Below the pieces are notes generated by a model, which was not told the DNA's origin, searched no databases, and worked only from the letters and a program-made list of their open reading frames with translations. This document shows, one piece after another, positions 1 to 12,062 of a stretch of DNA of 64,000 nucleotides. The position numbers were made by a program, and so were the translations under genes. Each line of letters starts with the position of its first letter. Positions within the stretch are counted from its first letter, which is position 1. Source of the stretch: Lingula anatina (lineage: Eukaryota; Animalia; Brachiopoda); NCBI GenBank assembly GCA_051362555.1, contig JBPQGU010000016.1:992001-1056000 (forward strand). The letters are read 5' to 3'.

Positions 1-375
1 ATATACTTTTTTGATGAATCAAGCCAAAAAATATTTAATCAGCACTCAAAAATAACAATGATAAAAAATATTCCATATTAAGTAGTAACCCTGTATGTTC
101 TGTAGACTTAACAAACTAAAAACTAAAAACAAAGTTAAGATGAATTGAATTTATAAAATTATGACCTAAGAGTTTGAGGTAAGATAATGATGTTCAGTTT
201 TAAATATTTCCGAGTTATAAAATGATCTTTAATAAAATTTGTTAAAAAGGTATGTTTTTAAAGCTTTTTTTTTTTTAATCCTTCACTGAGCTAATGCTTC
301 TCAAGTCCACAGGAAATTTATTCCACTCATGTGGTGCCGCGTACTGGAATGATTTTTCGCCAAAAGATTGTGTTA
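1..375 (-). mobile_element. 5'-truncated LINE 3' remnant (L2/Crack/CR1-group ORF2 C-terminus plus probable 3' UTR)
   Basis: Minus-strand translation of ~375-240 gives TQSFGEKSFQYAAPHEWNKFPVDLRSISSVKD*..LKTYLF. This matches the FGxxSFxxAAPxxWNxLPxxLR...LKTxLF tail of L2-group ORF2. The paralogous segment starting ~5695 lacks it. Extent toward base 1 is inferred. Confidence 0.7.
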
Positions 376-419
376 ATAGTTTTGACACCCAAGTTTGAAA
401 CCTATCATTTATTATGAAT

Positions 420-474
420 CCCTCACGAAAAAGTCCTATAGGATCCTATAGGAAATTGGCCCAATTCGTAAGGG
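420..474. mobile_element. Internally deleted copy of CCCT-terminated MITE
   Basis: CCCTCACGAAAAAGTCCTATAGG...TTCGTAAGGG flanked by AT/AT. Same position in the duplicated segment as the full 101-bp copy at 5746-5846. Confidence 0.7.
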
Positions 475-1080
475 ATGGCCTTCGCTGCAGGATACGTTTA
501 AATGCCCAGTTAACATTGCATGACCTCATGGTTCAGCTGGTAATGGCTTGACAGTCTAACCGCTACCTCATATGGCCCTGATATTTCTGTTGTGGGTGTT
601 CTATGTATCTTTTTTAGAGAAAGTCATTTTATGCCCCGCATATTCAATTCATTCTAATGTAGATGTAGGCCTACATGGTGAATACGGGTCCAATGGGTTG
701 TAATGTGTTTCCATAACATGTGCTTGTTATCTGAGTGAACTAGGTTATTGCCCTTGCACTATGGTGTCTGTATGTGTTTGCAAAATAATATTAAAAAAAA
801 AAAAAAAGAAGAAGGGTTTGGTGTTGCTTGTGTGGAAGTAAGAATAACCCACTCTCCAGGTTTCAGAAGATTATTTAGGCAAGATGATTTTTTTTCCTAT
901 TTATTTATTTATTTTTTGGTTCAACGTTGTTTCAACGTTAAAACAACATAATTTGCCCGCTGGGATACTAATACAAAAAAGTATTTTGCCATCGGAATGC
1001 CCTGCTGCAATAGGAAACTGTCTTTAGTTTCAAGCACCCGCACTAAGTAATGCAAAGATACAACAAGTAGGGTAAAACAT

Positions 1081-1178
1081 CCCAGCAGACAAACGAGATT
1101 GATTCACGGTTGAATCAACGTTAATTTTGGTGGATCAACGTTGAATCAACGTAGAATCAATGTCGTTTGCCTGCTGGG
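1081..1178. mobile_element. 98-bp MITE with CCCAGCAG termini and 2-bp AT TSD (CMC/EnSpm-like)
   Basis: 25-bp TIRs matching 23/25 (CCCAGCAGACAAACGAGATTGATTC / GAATCAATGTCGTTTGCCTGCTGGG), with internal TTGAATCAACG repeats. The paralogous site at ~6646-6660 reads AAAACATGGTGGTG, an empty site with a single AT. Confidence 0.85.
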
Positions 1179-1252
1179 ATGGTGGTGCCTAGGACGCACT
1201 GCCCAGTCATAGAAAGTCATTTAAGGTAATAAGCCCTATTTAGTTCAAGCTA

Positions 1253-2229
1253 CAGACTTGACATTTAATATGGAATATTTTTCCAAATCATAAATAATCA
1301 GTTTTTTTCCTATTTTGCGGACTGATAAATGAAAATAAGGATTAAAATCGTGTTGTAATAACTTTTGATAATCTGTTAGATGTCATTGTGACATCAGTTC
1401 ATTAATTGAATTCGCCAGTGAAGCAAACAAAAATGCATTGCCTGTTTCAAGTCATACGCCAACCATTGAAAGCGATATTTTGGATCTCCATATTTTCCAA
1501 ATTATCATCTTTAAAAGAGTTACACGCCCCACAAAGGCCCCTCATGTCAGTGTCTAATCACAGCAACAGTCGCTGTTATGCCTGACCTCATCTTCCTGGT
1601 ACCAGAGCTTTCAAGCGGCAAGGCATTCCTTAGGATAGGTTTTTAGAATTTAATCTGGAATAAAATTCCAGGCAACGGTTAAAACTTGTCCAATTTGGTT
1701 CAGTTTTGTTGTAGGAGATGCAGGCCGTTGATTCGACGACTAATGGCCTACCCACATATTGACTATGTGGTTTCAATTATGGCGATTTTGATGACCGAGG
1801 TAGCTGTTCGCTCCCTTGGTTCTGTAAGTTATCTGCTATTTAAATTGCTCTGTGTGAACCGACAATCTCATCGTGCAACCTTAAATTGTTCCTAAGGTGC
1901 CCCCTATCAAATGATAGTCAAGTGGTTCCCAGATTATTCCTTTATTTTATCTGGTTCAAGTTTTCATCGATGACTTCCAATGGTGTTTTGGCACCAATGT
2001 GGTATCCACTCCAAATATTGACGCTGTCAATGATCCTAGTCACTTCAAAAGCGGCACACGCCTTGTCGTAGACTTCTTCAGGATGTCTGTAAACTCTGTT
2101 TTGACCATACAGTTGAAATCTGACCTCAATAAAGAAAAACACGAGGTTTCAATGTTCTACCAAGAAACGGTCATGGTCCCACAATTCATTACAGAAACAG
2201 ACTACTCTGTTTTGCTGTTTACAGTGGCT
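1253..2229 (-). mobile_element. Decayed Tc1-family DNA transposon (3' part of transposase plus probable terminus)
   Basis: ORF 1942..2142(-) FFIEVRFQLYGQNRVYRHPEEVY...SVNIWSGYHIGAKTPLEVIDENLN resembles Tc1 FSDESRF..RVWRRPGERY..SVMVWG...KTPLVVIDGNLN. Downstream, SKSP*LKP resembles the SPDLNPIE motif. TA|CAG at 1251-1255 is where similarity to the paralogous segment (~6720) stops. Multiple stops and frameshifts. Confidence 0.7.
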
Positions 2230-3989
2230 CATTTCTCTAGCAAAGACCATGTGTTGCTGTTGTCGGATACTCTCACCGGCCGCTGGTGGTATGAAGGACT
2301 TACCTTATTACTGAGGTGCAGTACAGTATACAGTATATATATTTTTTTCAGATCCCAATCAGACGACCGATTTTCATAATCGGTCCTCCGCGCACCGGAA
2401 CTACTTTCCTCCATAAGCTCTTATTCTCCGATCCGCACAACACATGCCTGAAGTTTTATGAGCTCCTGCAACCAGTTGTAGATGCCAATACCGTTGTCGA
2501 GGTCCCACGAATTTTGAAAACTACACAAAGAATAGGTAAACCACATTACAATGATATTGCCGCTCAATGAGTCTTAAGAATTCCCTGTCGTAAGAGTATT
2601 AAATAATGAGGTTGTACCCCAAAATACCTTCAAAAGAACTATTTTTAAAATATACATTCAATACAGAGTGAAAAAAATATCTGTTTTAGCCGAGCTATAT
2701 GCCAGCATACCGGTTTTGGAAACCATGCACAAGGAGGAGGCTATCGGTCCGGAAGAAGATCATGCTCTATTTGATAACATTGGTTTGTTTAAAGAAAAAA
2801 TTGTCCAAGGCAACAATTGCATAGAGTATTTAAAATGGTTGGAGGCTCGGACCAACGATGAAATGGTTGAAGTTTATCGTTTCCACAAGCAGCAAACTCA
2901 GCTTATACTTCACAGCAGAGGTGAGTCTTCAATTGGTTTTACCTCACAAATAATTGATTCCCTAAATGTAAAGAGACGAAATACGTTTAAGTATATAAAC
3001 CACATCTCTAATTCTCATTCCATTTCCATCTCAAACCCTTAAGGAACCGTAGACTTGATTTTCGCGCCAATTCTTGATTGTCCTCGATAAAAAATACAAA
3101 TCATTATTAAACCATTCCCTACACTTTCGATAGAAGTATTCTACCATTTTTCATTAAATAAGTAGGCTATTAACGAACCATGATCCATTTGTCTAGATCT
3201 GCCATATTTTGTCTGAAATTACAGAAGAAAAATCGAAATTGGTACTTTTATTTCGGTGGTTTCTCATTTTGAAAGTTTGAATTAAAAAGGAAATAAGATT
3301 GCAGGATATGTAGACGTGAACGTAAAATTTAGGGAAAATTTCAAACTAGAATAGTTTGCATAATAATTACGAGAATACGGCATTATTCTTGAAACATTAA
3401 TACCCATTTCTCAATTTTTGTTGCGGGATTTAAATAGGTTGTCGATTTGTTTTTAGGAGCCGTGAACACTGATCGGCCAATGGTTTTTAAAGATAATTTC
3501 CACAGTCTGTATTTGGATGCCCTACTTAAGGTGTATCCTGAAGCAATCTTCGTTCACACCTACCGCAATCCGAGCGCATCTGTAGCTTCCCTGTGTTCCG
3601 TCTTCGAAGCATTGAAACTTCTTCTCTATAAGGAACATGGCATCGACTTAAAACAACTTGGCAGGGAGGTATTAAACTGGTCATTTTTTCATGGTGGAAT
3701 AGAAATGATGAATTTTCGGAGGAACCACCCAGACCTGGAGCACAGATTCATCGACATTGCGTTTGCCGACCTCGTTATATCACCCATGGATACTGTGAAG
3801 AAAATATACGATCACTTTGGCCTGGAACTGACTGACCAAGGGAAAGATAACATGGAGGAGTATGTGAAGGAAAATCCACAAAACAAATATGGCCGCCACA
3901 AGTATGACCTGAAGCGTTATTACCTGACAGAAGAGGAAGTTTTGGAGCACTTTAAAGAATATGTGAAGGAGTTCAAAATCCCATGTTGA
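2230..3989 (+). pseudogene. Sulfotransferase paralog A, probable pseudogene (exon 1 remnant ~2230-2319; exons 2352-2535, 2690-2920, 3457-3989)
   Basis: Exons 2-4 are open and use GT-AG sites in the same phases as paralog C, with the 5'-PSB motif PIFIIGPPRTGTT. Exon 1 survives only as HFSSKDHVLLLSDTLTGRWWYEGLTLLLRC. It lacks the ATG (abuts Tc1 sequence), the 3' half of the exon and its donor. Confidence 0.75.
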
Positions 3990-5115
3990 CTTATTATCAG
4001 TTAGCTTTTATTATCCAGCGTATAGTTGGAACTTTTTTTAGGGCTTACTAAGTTAATAATTAATACCACGTTTTGCTTAAATGCTTGAGGTTTCCTATAC
4101 CTTTTTCATAAGTTTACTAGGTGTCATAGTGGCGATAAATATACCATTTTAATGAAAAGCATTGATCTCATTAAAGAGATAACAACCATTCGTTTGGGAT
4201 TGATATTTCACAATAGATACATTGTAAACAACTTACTGAAATGTATTATATTCCATTTTACGACCAAAACAGTATTTATCGTAATTATATATCATGGAAT
4301 ATGTACTTGCCATCGGACCACGTGACATACAAAGATGGCTACCCCTTTTTATATAGGAGATTATTACACAAAATAATTTGTGTTTAATCATGTTAAATAT
4401 GGTGTCTGGAATAAAAAGCAATGTTTATTTAAATATTCACCTGTGATGTGATCATTTGTAAATAAAAGCACATGGAATCAGGAGTGGGCCAACCTTTTTT
4501 ACCAATGTTGTGTACTGTATTTTACCACCAAATCTAAGTTTATTCGAGAAAAGAACAGTTTTCTCCTACTCTAGAACCTTGCTTAATTGATCCAGCAATA
4601 TTAATTGAGTGTCAAATATCTCGTGTCCTATCACGAAATTAGCCGGAGTCATCTGAGATGGTGTGCACTTTTTGGCTGAAAACAATGTTATCTTTATATT
4701 ATTAAACCGATTGCTGTAAAGATACGGAATCGTATAAACCCCATTCGTCTGACCCAATGGGATTGTGTTTTGAATCCCTACACCATCTTTCCACCCAGAC
4801 AATATTGCTTGTTAGATTTCTCAGTTTAAGCTTCGAAACAAAAACATTGGAAATACCTTGACAAACCTTAATCATGTATACGCCAGCATTTCCTGAAAAT
4901 CAGTTGTCATTAACAGACAGTACGTGATGCAATTGTGACTTAATGTATGGTGACTTAAATGGGTTTCTGTGTTTTACATTCAGCACTTCAGACACATTGA
5001 CTCAGTTTTAGGATACGCCTTGGATTAAACCCCATTCAATACAAATAAAAGGCTGGCACAGGTATTTGAGATATACAAGTAGGTGTTTTACCTTTCGTGC
5101 TAACAGTTCCGCATA

Positions 5116-5348
5116 ATGTCCCAAGAACAACCGATTCCTCTCACAGAGGAAAGGATTATCAGTCATTTCTCCGAAGAAGACCGTACGTTGCTGTTGTCGG
5201 ATACCCTCACCGGCCGCTGGTGGTATGAAGGCTTTACCTTATTACTGAGGTGCTTTCGTGAAGACAGGACATTGAAAAACGCTGGGTTGATGTCCTTAAA
5301 AACAGACTAGCGATGTCTAGACAACTGCCCTTAGTTGATTTAAACAAG
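5116..5348 (+). pseudogene. Orphan, frameshifted sulfotransferase exon 1 (paralog B)
   Basis: MSQEQPIPLTEE...GRWWYEGFTLLLRCFRED is homologous to C exon 1. It is 233 nt versus 258 nt, from a 25-nt deletion between two GAAGACA repeats, giving TAG at 5308-5310. The donor AAG|GTAAGT at 5348 is intact. No exons 2-4 of its own follow. Confidence 0.8.
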
Positions 5349-5745
5349 GTAAGTACACTGTGCATGTACTTATGGTATCTACGAAACAGAAGGCATGTTT
5401 TGTTGACATCACTGTTCAAAATGCTCTCTTCTTTGTATCTCTTTTAATATTTTTCTGTGTCTTTCGGTAAGTCATCACATTGAAACTAAGTGCAATTCCT
5501 ACTACCTGTGGAGTGTATGAAACCTTCGAAGTTTTAGACACAGGGGCACTTCGACCTGTAGGCTACTGGTCAATTGAAAATAATCGGCCTCAACTTTAAA
5601 GTCTGCTTTGTGCGTGAGTTATTTATCTCAAATTGGTAGACGGATACAGTGTTGAACAAAAGCGGTGTTTCAATCGATTACGCAACATTAGATGTGTGTT
5701 AATAGTCTCGACACCCAAGTTTGGAACCTATCATTTATTATGAAT

Positions 5746-5846
5746 CCCTAACGAAAAAGTCCTATAGAATCCTATAGGAAATTGGTCCAATTTCGTTTAG
5801 AATCCTATAGGATCTTATAGGATCCTATAGGACTTTTTCGTAAGGG
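5746..5846. mobile_element. 101-bp MITE with CCCT termini, AT TSD and internal ATCCTATAGG repeats (CMC/EnSpm-like)
   Basis: CCCTAACGAAAAAGTCCTATAG...CTATAGGACTTTTTCGTAAGGG inverted termini, with AT at 5744-5745 and 5847-5848. Confidence 0.8.
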
Positions 5847-6246
5847 ATGGCCTTCGCTGCAGGATAGGTTTAAATGCCCAGTTAACATTGACCCCATGGG
5901 TCAGCTGGTAATGACTTGACAGTCTAACCGCTACCTCATATGGCCCTAATATTGCTGTTGTGTGAGTTCTATGTGTATTTTTTAAAGAAAGTCATTTTTT
6001 CCCCTCATCTCCAATTCATTCAAATATAGATCTACCTGGTGAATACGATTGTAATGTGATTTCCATAGCATGTGCTTGTTATCTGAGTGAACTAGGTTAT
6101 TGCCCTTGCACTATGGTGTCTGTATGTGTTTGCAAAATAATATTTAAAAATATTTTACAAACGGAAAGGGATTTTGTGATGCTTGTGTGGAAGTAAGAAA
6201 ACCCCACTCTCCAGGTTTCACAAGATTATTTACGCAAAATATTTTC

Positions 6247-6248
<2 letters not shown>

Positions 6249-6278
<30 letters not shown>
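6249..6278. repeat. (TG)15 microsatellite
   Basis: Read directly from the sequence. Confidence 0.95.
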
Positions 6279-6279
<1 letters not shown>

Positions 6280-6449
6280 CCAAGTCATTTCTGGGCAAAA
6301 ACCCACAGCAATTATTTCCAAAGTAACAAATATGGCTGGATAAGTGTATTTATTCAGAGGTCTGCAAATCAACATTTCGACCTTTTCCTGTTTGTGATAA
6401 TTTAAATTATTCAGCCAGCTAGATGTGTTACGTTATACGATGAAAACAT

Positions 6450-6587
6450 GTGTAACGAAACTGAGGGTCCGTAAGAAAGTCCGCCCTCCATAATGGTTAG
6501 GATTAGTGTGACCTATGTGGGTCAAAATCTAGTGCGAGGCTGTACAAATGAATTGGAAACTGACGCTCTATTATGGGGGACTCTCTG
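6450..6587. mobile_element. Dispersed short repeat, degenerate copy of the element at 11391-11546
   Basis: GTGTAACGAAACTGAGGGTCCGT...ATAATGGTTAGG...ATGGGGGACTCTCTG is shared with 11391-11535. Confidence 0.7.
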
Positions 6588-6957
6588 CACTAACCCGCTT
6601 CACAGGCACTAACCCGCAAAGATGCAAAGATACAACGAGTAGGGTAAAACATGGTGGTGTCTAGGCTGCATTGTCCAATCATAGAAAGTCTTTTTAGGTG
6701 ATGCGCATTATTTAGTTCAAGATATAATGAGATGCCCTTATCATCTAGGACACTACTATAACTCGAAGTCCGCCATAGATAAAGGGCCATTAGCTGAGGT
6801 ATTTTAACGTTAGTAACTGGGGCTACCTGATACCGATTTCTATCGGCGTTGGCTTAGTATAGTAACTAATCTTTTAGATATATATATACGTATCCAGTAC
6901 TCAGTACGTGTATTTGAGAATTGAGATTGTTTGTTATACTTGAGTGTAAATAGCATA

Positions 6958-8922
6958 ATGTCCCAAGGACAATTCATTTCTCTCACAGAGGAAAGTATTT
7001 TCTGCCACTTTTCTGAAGAAGACCGCGGGTCTCTGTTAAAGGATACTCTCGCCGGCCGCTGGTGGTATGAAGGATTTATCTTGTTACTGAGGTGCTTTCG
7101 TGAAGACAAAGCTATAAATTTGGCAGGAAGACAGGGGATTGAAAGACGCTTGGTTGATGTCCTTAACAACAGACTAGCAATATCAAGACGACTTCCATCA
7201 GTTGACTTTAGCAAGGTTAGAACATATTGCTTTCTTTTAAATAAGTTATGTCTTCACTTAACTTGATAATGATATATGATATGTAATGCATGGTTTGCGG
7301 GCAGTGTATATTTTTTCAGATCCTAATCAAACGGCCGATTTTCATAATTGGTCCTCCGCGCACCGGAACCACTTTTCTCCAAAAGCTCTTTTTCTCCGAT
7401 CCGCACAACACATGCCTGAAGTTTTATGAGCTCCTGCAACCAGTTGTAGACGCCGATACCGTCGTCGAGGACCCACGAATTTTGAAAACTACACAAAGAA
7501 TAGGTAAACCACATTATAATGATATTGCTGCTCAATGAGTCTTAAGAATTCCCTGCTGTAGAAGTATTAAATGATGAGGTTGTACTCCAAAATACCTTCA
7601 AAAGAACTATTTTTAAAATATGCATTTAATACAGAGTGAAAAAATATCCATTTTAGCCAAGCTGTATGCCAACAGACCGCATTTGAAAACCATGCACACG
7701 GAGGAGGCTATCGGTCCGGAAGAAGATCATGCTCTATTTGATAACATCGGTTTGTTTAAGGAAAACATGTTCCAAGGCAACAATTGCATAGAATATTTAA
7801 ATTGGTTTGAGGCTCGGACCAGTGATGAAATGGTTGAAGTTTATCGTTTCCACAAGCAGCAAACTCGGCTTATACTTCACAGCAGAGGTGATTATTCAAT
7901 TGGTTTTACCTTACAAATAACTGATTCCCTAAACGTAAAGAGACGTAATACATTTGAGTAAATGAACCACATCTCTCATTCTCGGTCCATTTCCATCTTA
8001 AACCCTTCAGGAAGCGTAGACTTTCGCGCCATATCTTGATTGTCCTCGGAAAAATACAAATCATTATTAGACCAGTTTCTGAACTTACGTTAGATGTATT
8101 GTACCATTTTTCATTAAATAAGTGGCCTATAAACGAACCATGATTCATTTGTCTAGATCTGCCATATTTTATCTGAAATTGCAGAATAATAATTCGACAT
8201 CGTGTACTTATGTTTCGGGTTGTTCTCATCTTAAAAGTCTGAAATAAAAAGGAAAATAGATATTAATGTTTAATTTAGGGACACTTTCAAACCGAAACAG
8301 TTTGCATAATAATTACGAGAATACAGCGTTATTCTTGAAACATTTTTCAATTTTTGATGCGAGATTTACATAGCTCGTCGATTTGTTTTTAGGAGCCGTG
8401 AATAGTGATCGGCAGATGGTTTTTAAAGATAATTTCCACAGTCTGTATTTGGATGCTCTGCTTAAGGTGTATCCTGAAGCAATCTTTGTTCACACCTACC
8501 GCAATCCGAGCGCATCCGTAGCTTCCCTGTGTTCCGTCGTCGAAGCATTGAAACATCTCATCTATGAGGAACATGGCATCGACTTAAAACAACTTGGCAG
8601 GGAGGTATTAAATTGGTCATTTTTTCATGGTGGAATGGAGATGATGAATTTTCGGAGGAATCACCCAGACCTGGAGCACAGATTCATCGACATTGCATAT
8701 GACGACCTTGTCACATCGCCCATGGATGCTGTGAAGAAAATATACGATCATTTTGGACTTACCGACCAAGGGAAAGACAACATGGAGGCGTATGTGATGG
8801 AAAACCCACAAAACAAATATGGCCGCCACAAGTATGACCTGAGGCGTTATCATCTGACAGAAGAGGACGTTTTGAAGCACTTTAAGGAATATGTGGAGGA
8901 GTACAAAATCCCATGTTCATAA
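6958..8922 (+). CDS. Sulfotransferase paralog C (Sulfotransfer_3/Stf3-like), ~400 aa; exons 6958-7215, 7320-7503, 7657-7887, 8393-8922
   Basis: Four GT-AG exons (258+184+231+530 = 1203 nt) join in frame from ATG to TAA. Motifs: PIFIIGPPRTGTT (5'-PSB), GPEED, YPEAIFVHTYRNPSASVASLCS (3'-PB), and C-terminal QNKYGRHKYDL. Confidence 0.88.
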
Positions 8923-9411
8923 TCAGTGTTAACTTTTATCAGTCGTCAGAGTTGTCTTGTGACTCTTTAACAGTTGGTAATTAGTAAAATATGGAGATTC
9001 AAAATTACGCTGTAAATGGATGCTTTATAACTTAAAATCAGCCATGCATTTTAGTTTGCTTTAAAAGTTATTAAAAGACGATACATTACTGGGGCATCAT
9101 TTTATTTCTGTTTGGTTTGGATTTATGTTATTACACGTGTGTCCTTGTCTTTATTTACACCATATCTCTGTAACTTGTTTTAATCTTCAATACATTTAAG
9201 GTCTGCAGTCCTGAAACATTATGCTTAATCAATTGCTCCCTGTTTTTTCTTGGCATGAGTGTTAGAAATAAGAAATAATAAAGTACATAATGATAACCCA
9301 TGAATATATTGAATTGCATCAATCAACAGCAAAATTCAGTTTTGAAACTGTGGTTGTTTCTGATTCTCTGATAACACCAGGATAAATAACATTCCACAGG
9401 GTCAAAGCTCA

Positions 9412-12062
9412 TTACTGAGGTCTGCAAAACTCCACAAATTCTTTGAAATATTCCAACACTTCTTCCTCTGTCAGATTATAGCGTTTCAACCCATACGCGT
9501 GCTGGCCGTATTTGTTTTGCGGATGGTCAGTAACGTAAGTAGACATCTTGGCTTCCCCTAACGCCGTCAACTCCAAGCCAAAGAAGTCGTAAATCTCCTT
9601 TACAACTTTCATTGGCGATGCAACAATATCTACGTAATCTACATCGCAGAATCGGTGCGCTTCTTCTGGGTGTTGCTTTCTATATCGAACCATTTCATTT
9701 CCACCGTGAAGCAGCGGAGACCGCATGGTATGTTGACCAAAATCATCCAGGTCTATGTTCTTAGGCTTGGACACGAAAGTAGCAAACCTTTTTGATAACA
9801 GGGAACATACGGACGCGGTCGTCTCACAGGGGTCACGGTAAGTACTGATAAAGCGGGCGTCCGGGTAAACCTTCAGTATTGCCTCGAGATTCGCTGCGTG
9901 CGTCGACTCTTTGAAAATCACTTGTTTGTTGTTCAATACATTGTCTGAAATAGTATTTATTTATTCATTGTTATTTTTTGGCCATTTTTATCTAGCAGAA
10001 GTATTCAAAACGCGAATGATACGTTATCATTATCATAAGTGATCAGTGACATATCGGTGACGTCATCACGGCCCTCTGGTGAAGGGTCGAAGTATTATAT
10101 GTGCCTCAAACGTCAAAACACATTTAGTCTCTTCGAATACGATTACCACAACTTATCCTGTTTGAGATACAATTCGACCCTTAACGTACTGTCAATCGTG
10201 CTTGTGGCAATAATATGATGATACCAAAGTTTTAAATAGATTTCGGTTTCAAAATACATGTACCCGTAAACAATTGTCCATACCTTTGCCCCTTGCTAAG
10301 AATATGATTTGCATCTGAAGTTTATGGAAGCGGTAAGCTTCCACCATTTGATCCTTGGTGAGCGTCCTTCGCCATGCCTCGTAATCCTGGATGTTGGAAG
10401 TGAAGAAAAGGAAGTTCTTAAAAAGTCCCATATTTTCCATCAGATTGAAACACTCGTAAGGCCCCGTTGCCCGTATGTAGTGGATCGCTCTCAACTCTGG
10501 CGTTGCTGTGTACCGTGACCCTGCGTACGAGATACATTCATAAGTTCCGTATTACGTTTTGGTTATCTCGGAGCTGTATATGTTCCTACATGTAGACTTG
10601 AAAGTGAAAGGCAGCGACTCGTTCTCCTTTACAGAGGTGTTAACTTTATAGAGTAGCATTTAGAGCTGAGTAAAACGCAATAACACATCGTTAATGTACC
10701 CCTGTATATTGCAGTTTTGTCATCCGTACATTTTCACGTCATATACATTGTACATTGTACGAGACTCCCATTTTAAACCCACCCACGTTAAATATAACCC
10801 ATTTCTGCCTTATGATCATGCAAGTCTCATCAAAATCAGTGTATGACTTTTTGAGTAGTGCTGACGAAAAACAGATAAACAGGCTAACAGATGAATGGAG
10901 GTAAGAACATTAAGCCACCTTGGCCGAAGTAACAAAATAACAACAGCAGCAGCAGTACCAGCAATAATAATAATAATACCTAATTTCCTAATCTCAGTTA
11001 GCTCCCTTGACTGCGCATGCGTGCTGGTAGCCTCTTCCACAGGGTGCATCACCTCAAAGTACCTAGGAGAAGTGTTCTTAGGATCCTCGTACAGGAGACT
11101 CTGCAGGAAAGATGTTCCAGAGCGAGCAGGTCCGATAATGAATATGGGTCTCTTGATCTGACACTGAAATGACTAAGAATAGTCTGATAGCGTATCGCAT
11201 GTATCGCCCAAACTCAATATAGGGATGCATTTTACATGCTGAAGTATCAAAAAATAAAATTGAATTAATTCGAAGTTGTATTCAATTTTTATACATATGT
11301 ATATATGCATAGAATAAAAACCCATGGCCGCCTCAATATTACACCTACATCTACATTATGTAAGAAGACTAAATGGTAACATATGTTCAGGTGTAACGAA
11401 ACTGAGGGTCCGTGTAACAAGAAGTCCGCCCTCTATATAGTTATAATGGTTAGGGTTAGTCTGACCTAAGTCTAGGGCGAGCCTTTACTTTACAAATGAA
11501 TGGGAAGCGGACTCTCTATCATGGGGGACTCTCTGTCATGTTACACAACCCAGGGAGTGAAGATAATAGTTTTTATTATTTTTCCAAAAAGTGCACAGGG
11601 GGGGGGGGGGGGGGGGGGAGGCATTAACCCTTTACCCCGGCATTCAGGTTGTAGACTGGTGAAAATGATGACAAAAATTGATGACCCCTAAGTAGTCTAA
11701 CCTCCAACCGTCAGGTATAACACACATACCTTCAAAACATCAACAGACGCCAGTCGTTTGGATATAGCCAACCTATTTTGAAGAATTTCAGTCCATCGCG
11801 TTTCAACAATCATTCTGCCTGCCACAGTTAAATCTTCGTCTTCCCGATAACACTTGAGAAGTAAGCAAAAGCCCTCGTGCCACCACCGGCGAGTGAGGCT
11901 TTCTGACAGAATAACCCGTCGCTCCTCAACTGTGAATTTTCTCCACAGACTTTCCTCTGTGAGCGGAGTCAGTCGTCTCCTAAGCAGCACCCGGCACAGC
12001 CAGTCCAGTAACATGTGAAAGTATGGAAGACAGAACGCGTATAAATCTTGTAAACCTGGCAT
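9412..12062 (-). CDS. Sulfotransferase paralog D (Sulfotransfer_3/Stf3-like), ~428 aa; exons 12062-11730, 11163-10980, 10520-10284, 9944-9412
   Basis: Four GT-AG exons (333+184+237+533 = 1287 nt) join in frame with the same intron phases (0,1,1) as C. Motifs: RPIFIIGPARSGTS, YPDARFISTYRDPCETTASVCS, QNKYGQHAYGL. Confidence 0.88.
11391..11546. mobile_element. MITE-like element in intron 1 of paralog D
   Basis: GTGTAAC...GTTACAC terminal inverted repeat with internal GGTTAGGGTTAG. A second copy is at ~6450-6587. Confidence 0.65.
11598..11618. repeat. G21 homopolymer
   Basis: Read directly from the sequence. Confidence 0.9.

Larger units (their letters stand above)
5695..8950 (+). repeat. Second copy of a ~5-kb-period local segmental duplication (first copy ~369-4020)
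   Basis: 5695-6240 aligns with 369-890, 6612-6720 with 1037-1250, and 7305-8920 with 2337-3989, including introns. Confidence 0.85.

Noticed and set aside
2666-2689. Apparent frameshift between paralogs A and C at GTG-A7/A6 before exon 3
   Set aside because: Alignment with paralog D places the acceptor at TTTTAG (2689 and 7656), so the A-run difference is intronic.
4479-4500. CAGGAGTGGGCCAACCTTTTT resembling a hAT-Charlie terminus
   Set aside because: No matching opposite terminus or TSD was found.
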